DNA of 64,000 bases, taken from an uncultured Methylomirabilota bacterium (GTDB lineage Bacteria > Methylomirabilota > Methylomirabilia > Methylomirabilales > 2-02-FULL-66-22). Location: NCBI GenBank assembly GCA_963845565.1, contig CAWJSJ010000004.1, positions 129,298 to 193,297 on the forward strand. Direction: 5' to 3'. Of this stretch, positions 59,687 to 64,000 are shown piece after piece. The notes below the pieces were generated by a model. That model ran no database searches and was not told where the DNA came from. It saw only the letters and a list, made by a program, of their open reading frames with translations. The first letter of the stretch is position 1. Each line of letters begins with the position of its first letter. A program made the translations under genes and the position numbers.

Positions 59687-60022
59687 CTATGCGGCCCGGA
59701 CTGTGGTCTCCCCGTGCGTCGGAATATTGGTGATCTCTTCCGCCAGTCGGCGTTCCGCATGCCACAGGTCGAATGCCTGCTGGAGTCGCAACCAGAGCCC
59801 CGGTCCGTTGCCGCAGAATTTCCCCAGGCGAACGGCCGTGTCCGGCGTCACGGGCGCCCGGCAGGCCAGAATCCGGTGCAGCATTTGTCGGCTCACCCCG
59901 AGTTGCCGCGCCGCATCGCTTACAGACAGGCGAAGCGCCGGCAGGACGTCTTCCCGCAGAATGGCGCCGGGGTGCGTGGGGGGGCGCTCCAGTCGCCGGT
60001 CCCTCTTTGCGGCTTTCACCAT
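59687..60022 (-). CDS. higA: HigA-family (XRE HTH) antitoxin
   Basis: HPGAILREDVLPALRLSVSDAARQLGVSRQMLHRILA...; GGAGG RBS. Confidence 0.85.
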   Translation of the reverse strand: MVKAAKRDRRLERPPTHPGAILREDVLPALRLSVSDAARQLGVSRQMLHRILACRAPVTPDTAVRLGKFCGNGPGLWLRLQQAFDLWHAERRLAEEITNIPTHGETTVRAA

Positions 60023-60036
60023 CGGACTTTCTCCTC

Positions 60037-60257
60037 CTAGTGATATTGCTCCAGGTTCACCCGCAGCGCCTCGCCATCGATCCACTCGAAGGTGATACAC
60101 CAGGGGCCGTTCACGTGCAGACTGAAGCGCCTCGGCCGCCCCCGCAAGGGGTGGAAGTCGAACCCCGGGACATTCAAATCGTTTAGCGCATCGGCCCGAT
60201 CAAGCGCATCGAGGCGGCGCAGGGCCCTCGCCTGCAGGTCCGGACGGACGTATGCGC
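60037..60257 (-). pseudogene. higB: HigB toxin, C-terminal 70 codons (split by the IS)
   Basis: (A)YVRPDLQARALRRLDALDRADALNDLNVPGFDFHPLRGRPRRFSLHVNGPWCITFEWIDGEALRVNLEQYH*. Confidence 0.8.
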
Positions 60258-61502
60258 AGGACAGGCGGTTAAGTGAAAACTCTGCTCTACTGGACGGGAC
60301 GATGTGCCGTCCCCCAAGGAGAGCAGCGCATGAAACGTCCCCGACGGAATCACGCCCCCGCCTTCAAGGCCAAGGTGGCCCTCGCGGCCCTGAAGGGCGA
60401 CCGGACCCTGGCCGAGCTCGCGCAGCAGTTCGACGTCCACCCGAACCAGATCACGCAGTGGAAGACCCAGCTCCTGGAACGGGCGATGGAGCTCTTCGCC
60501 ACCCCGGCCGAGCGCCAGGCCGCCGCGCCCCGACGTCAAGGCCCTCCACGCGAAGATCGGCCAGCTGGCCATGGAGAACGATTTTTTGGCCGGCGCGCTC
60601 GGTCGGCTCCCCGATGCGAGCGGCAAAGCGATGATCAGCCCGCCAGCACCCGCTGCCGGTGACGCGCCAGTGCCAGCTCCTGGCGCTCGCCCGGTCGTCG
60701 GTGTACTACACGCCCCAGCCGGTCTCGGCGGCCGACCCTGGCCCTGATGCGCCAGCTCGACGAGCTGCATCTGGAGTATCCCTTCGCCGGCAGCCGGATG
60801 CTCCGGGATCTGCTGCGGCTCCGGGGCGTGCGTCGTCGGCCGCAAGCACGTGGCCACCCTGATGCGGCGGATGGGGATCGCCGCGCTGTACCGGCACCCC
60901 CGGACCACCCAGCCCCACCCGGGGCACCAGGTGTTCCCGTACCTGCTCCGCGATCTGCGCGATCACGGCCCCCAACCAGGTCTGGGCCATGGACCTCACG
61001 TACCTCCCGATGCGCCACGGCTTCCTCTACCTGGTCGCCGTGCTGGACTGGGCGACCCGCCGGGTCCTGGCCTGGCGCCTCTCGAACACCCTGACCACGG
61101 ACTGTTGTCTCGACGCCCTGGAGGCCGCGATCCAGGACCACGGCTGCCCCGGGATCCTGAACACCGACCAGGGGAGCCAGTTCACCAGCACCGCCTTCGT
61201 CGCCTGGTCCAGCAGCACGGCATCCAGCTCAGCATGGACGGGCAAGGGCGCCTGGCGCGACAACCTCTTCGTCGAGCGCCTCTGGAAGAGCGTCAAGTAC
61301 GAAGAGGTGTACCTGCATGCCTATGACTCGGTGACCGAGGCCCAGCAGGGCCTGGCCCGGTACTTCACCTTCTACAACCAGGGCCGGCCGCACTCGGCCC
61401 TGGACGGCCGGACCCCGGATATGGTCTACTTCGGCGTGCTGCCTCAGCGCGAGGCGGCGTAACGTGACCCGAGCAGAGTTCCACTTAACGCGCCCCGTTT
61501 CC
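60258..61502 (+). mobile_element. IS3-family insertion sequence (1245 bp) inserted in higB
   Basis: Imperfect ~30-bp terminal IRs (AGGACAGGCGGTTAAGTGAAAACTCTGCTC / GAGCAGAGTTCCACTTAACGCGCCCCGTTTCCT), flanked by direct repeat GTATGCGC (60250-57 and 61503-10). Confidence 0.85.
60330..61462 (+). pseudogene. IS3-family transposase orfA/orfB with multiple extra frame changes
   Basis: orfA MKRPRRNHAPAFKAKVALAALKGDRTLAELAQQFDVHPNQITQWK. The orfB pieces are scattered over three frames: TRQCQLLALARSSVYY, MRQLDELHLEYPFAGSRML, VATLMRRMGIAALY, MDLTYLPMRHGFLYLVAVLDW..., HGIQLSMDG. Confidence 0.8.
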
Positions 61503-61565
61503 TGTATGCGCTCTCGCCCGTGTCGAACAGGGCCTTCAGCCCTTTATGCTTGAAGCTGCGGATCA
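61503..61565 (-). pseudogene. higB: HigB toxin, N-terminal 21 codons (split by the IS)
   Basis: MIRSFKHKGLKALFDTGESAY joins seamlessly to VRPDLQ... once the IS and one GTATGCGC copy are removed. Confidence 0.8.
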
Positions 61566-61950
61566 TCGCGCGTCAGTGTCAACCATCACGTTACACCCTG
61601 TCAAGCGAAATATGACCGCCGGTACCTGGTACCGATGGCGGGACGAGCGAACGGCCCGGTGATGGGTCTCTTGGGGGAAACGGCGCAGCGCTTTCAAGTG
61701 CTCACCCCGGCCTGCCATCCTATAAGGTATCGCGGCCTGGCCGGGGCGATCCTCGTGAACCTGGAGGTGATCATCCGGGGCGCCGGTTGACGGCGTCGGA
61801 GGTCAGCGGCTGCGCTTTACGTTTTGTGCTCATGGGGGTAAGAGAATTACCCTGGTGATCGCCAAAGGGAAAGTCGGTCGAAAGATGTACTGACTTGACA
61901 ATACTCTCCGTAACTCGCAATATATGGCGTGTTGTGGAGGATATGAGCAA

Positions 61951-62749
61951 GTGCCAGTCCTGGATTTCTTTTCCGCACACCCGGTCTTCACGCGGGAGGA
62001 GTTTGCCCACTTCCTGCGGGGGCGATTGGTCAAGTCCGCACGTACTACCGAATCCCACCTTCTGCGATACCTCACCTCAGGGCGGATCGGCCGGGTCAAG
62101 CGGGGCGTCTATTTCAGCGCCGGCCCCGGCGAAACGGCTGAGAACGCTTCGCTCGATTTCCTGTTGGTGGCCAGCCGCCTGACGTCTGACGGGGTCTTGG
62201 CCTACCACACCGCCCTCGAGGCGCACGGGTACGCTCAGAGCCTTTTCGAGCGGTTGTATTTCCTGACGACGTCCAAGGCCAAGCCGCTGACGTTTCGAGG
62301 GCGCCACTTCATCCCGGTGCTCGCCGTCCGCGGCCCTCCGCCGGAAGAAGAAGGCGTTCACGCTGTCGACCGAGGTCGAGCGGCGAGGGCTGCCGTGTCG
62401 GGTCACCACGATGGAGCGCACACTGGTGGATGTGCTGGACCGGCCGGATCTCGCGGGTGGTTTTGAGGAGGTCTGGCGGTCCCTGTCCAGTGTGCCGCTG
62501 TTCGACCTGAACGTCGTCGTCGACTACGTCCGGCTCTGCGGTCAGGCGACGCTCGCTGCCAAGGTAGGATTCTTTCTTGAGCAGCATCAACAGTCGCTCA
62601 GCGTACCGAAAGACGTCCTGGAGCGGCTCCGCAAGATGCGGCCCAAGCAGCCCCACTACCTGGATCGGCGACTGGGAGGCAAGATGGCGCCCGGGTGGAA
62701 TCTGCTGGTACCGGCCGCGATCTTTCCACTTGACGGATATTCCATATGA
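61951..62749 (+). pseudogene. AbiEi-like (COG5340) antitoxin/transcriptional regulator, one frame change near 62324
   Basis: PVLDFFSAHPVFTREEF...GVLAYHTALEAHGYA... / ALRRKKKAFTLSTEVERRGLPCRVTTMERTLVDVLDRPDLAGGFEEVW...; GTG 61951 after GGAGG. Confidence 0.7.
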
Positions 62750-63129
62750 GTTATAGTCCTGATACGGAATGGCCGGTCGAATACACGGATGAGTTCGAGA
62801 CGTGGTGGGAGCGTCTGACGGAGGCGGAACAGGAGGATGTGGCCGCCAAGGTCATCTTGCTCCAGCGCCTGGGGCCCGCGCTCCCCCGACCGCACGCCGA
62901 TGTGGTGCGGTCTTCCAGGTATGCCAATATGAAGGAGCTGCGGATCCAGCATGCCGGACGGCCGTACCGCGTGCTGTATGCGTTCGATCCCCGGCGGTGT
63001 GCGATCCTGTTGATTGGCGGGGACAAGACAGGCAACGATCGCTGGTACGAGATATTCGTCCCGCGGGCGGACCGGCTGTATGGCGAGCACATCGCGAGCC
63101 TGAGGGGGGAGGGTATGACTGATGGCTAA
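62746..63129 (+). CDS. RelE/ParE superfamily toxin (Gp49/HigB-like)
   Basis: EFETWWERLTEAEQEDV...MKELRIQHAGRPYRVLYAFDPRRCAILLIGGDKTGNDRWY; ATGA overlap with the AbiEi-like gene. Confidence 0.8.
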   Translation: MSYSPDTEWPVEYTDEFETWWERLTEAEQEDVAAKVILLQRLGPALPRPHADVVRSSRYANMKELRIQHAGRPYRVLYAFDPRRCAILLIGGDKTGNDRWYEIFVPRADRLYGEHIASLRGEGMTDG

Positions 63130-63439
63130 GAACTTCAAGGCACTGCAGGCGAAGATGCCGCCCGGGGCACGGCTGCGCGCCGAGGCCAAGGCGGATGCCA
63201 TGCTCCGATCGATGTCCCTGGACGAGCTCCGCGAGGCGCTGAACCTCACCCAGGAGGAGCTCGCCAATCGCCTCCAGGTGAAGCAGCCGGCCGTCGCCAA
63301 ACTGGAACGGCGCGAGGACGTTCGGTTGAGCACGCTTCGGGCTCTCATCGAGGCAATGGGGGGACACATCGAAGTGCGTGCGGTCTTCCCTCAAGGCACC
63401 GTCGTCCTGCGGCAGCCCAGCGAATCGCAAGCCGCGTGA
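63122..63439 (+). CDS. XRE-family HTH antitoxin
   Basis: LDELREALNLTQEELANRLQVKQPAVAKLERRED; 8-nt overlap with the toxin gene. Confidence 0.8.
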   Translation: MAKNFKALQAKMPPGARLRAEAKADAMLRSMSLDELREALNLTQEELANRLQVKQPAVAKLERREDVRLSTLRALIEAMGGHIEVRAVFPQGTVVLRQPSESQAA

Positions 63440-63513
63440 GCGATTGGCTATGATGATTTCCCGCGTTTCAGCTCATCGGTAACCTCCCGGCAGAGCCCAA
63501 GGAGGTGTGAGGC

Positions 63514-63804
63514 ATGGCGATCAATCCTATCGCCTCCGCCCGCGCGGTCAACGAGCAGTTCCTTCGCTATCAGCTCACCGCCTTTCCTCTCGCCGACGAG
63601 GCGGTGTCGCGGCAGGCCGACGAGGGCATCCGCTCGCCCGCCAAAGCCTTCCGGGTGGGCCCCCGAATTCGGGACCTCGTGACGCAGGAGGTCCTCCACC
63701 CAGCGTTCCCCGGCATCGTCGAGTATCCCGACCTGGTCGCGCACCAGGATCCCGGGTCGTCGATCCGGGAGCCGGCCGAGGGAGACGAGGGCCATGGCGC
63801 GTGA
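63514..63804 (+). CDS. Hypothetical protein (N-terminus resembles the start of some SF2 helicases)
   Basis: GGAGG RBS, high GC3 throughout, MAINPIASARAVNEQFLRYQLTAFPLAD; stop overlaps the next start. Confidence 0.45.
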   Translation: MAINPIASARAVNEQFLRYQLTAFPLADEAVSRQADEGIRSPAKAFRVGPRIRDLVTQEVLHPAFPGIVEYPDLVAHQDPGSSIREPAEGDEGHGA

Positions 63805-64000
63805 CAACCAGGGGTTCATTTCAGGCGTCCACAATTACTGCGACCGGTGGTGCGAGCGCTGCCCCTTCGCCAGTCGGTGCCGCGCCTACGCCATGGAGAT
63901 GAGCATCCGGATCGACGGCTTCGACGGCGAGCTGACGCAGGCCGCCGAGGGGTTGTCGGCGGAGTCGGCAGGGGAGTGGCGTGAGGAGAATTTCCTGGCC
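63794..64000 (+). CDS. Hypothetical Cys-motif protein, 5' part only (runs off the window)
   Basis: MARDNQGFISGVHNYCDRWCERCPFASRCRAYAMEMS...; open to the window end. Confidence 0.5.
   Translation, partial: MARDNQGFISGVHNYCDRWCERCPFASRCRAYAMEMSIRIDGFDGELTQAAEGLSAESAGEWREENFLA

Noticed and set aside
63448-63834. 128-aa minus-strand ORF
   Set aside because: The overlapping plus-strand frame (63514-63804) has the RBS, consistently high GC3 and translational coupling to the next gene. The minus-strand ORF is its shadow.

Overview
GC-rich bacterial chromosomal window. Many long Arg/Pro-rich ORFs in the six-frame track are antisense or out-of-frame shadows of real genes. Positions 1-47.5 kb read as core genome: nth, tRNA-Gly, a translationally coupled GT4/PTPS-like/PTPS/folE operon, argG, apbC and moaB. 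They also hold a compact, complete Pup-proteasome locus (pup, FmdB-type zinc ribbon, mpa, dop, prcB, prcA, pafA), ferritin, pepA and the ffh-rpsP-KH-rimM-trmD-rplS-rnhB-yraN block. Further along are an asparaginase/M42 peptidase/FucU/TRAP-transporter block, comM, smpB, nagB, an amidase, icd and ssrA (tmRNA). From the 3' end of ssrA (47.5 kb) to the window end lies an accessory mosaic. It is dominated by toxin-antitoxin modules (HicAB x2, Phd-ParE, MNT-HEPN, HigBA, AbiEi-RelE-XRE), plus Fic, a WYL regulator, ORF6N, vWA, an AAA/DUF4143 ATPase, an HD-like protein and an IS3-family element inserted in higB. Many of these genes carry frame changes or truncations. Most unusual sequence-level observations: (1) dop and pafA share a 509-bp block of perfect nucleotide identity; (2) most 3'/convergent intergenic spacers are built from 7-bp-periodic tandem units, including a recurring 35-bp CTGCCAG module; (3) a ~150-bp hairpin-rich palindromic element occurs twice and supplies the stop codons of two genes; (4) ffh and pepA each carry a single-base frame break. 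No rRNA, CRISPR array, cas gene, integrase or phage structural gene was seen. Lineage cannot be fixed from the window: Pup-proteasome loci are known from Actinobacteria and Nitrospirae-like lineages, and the gene order here (pup first, no pafBC) is not the classical actinobacterial one.
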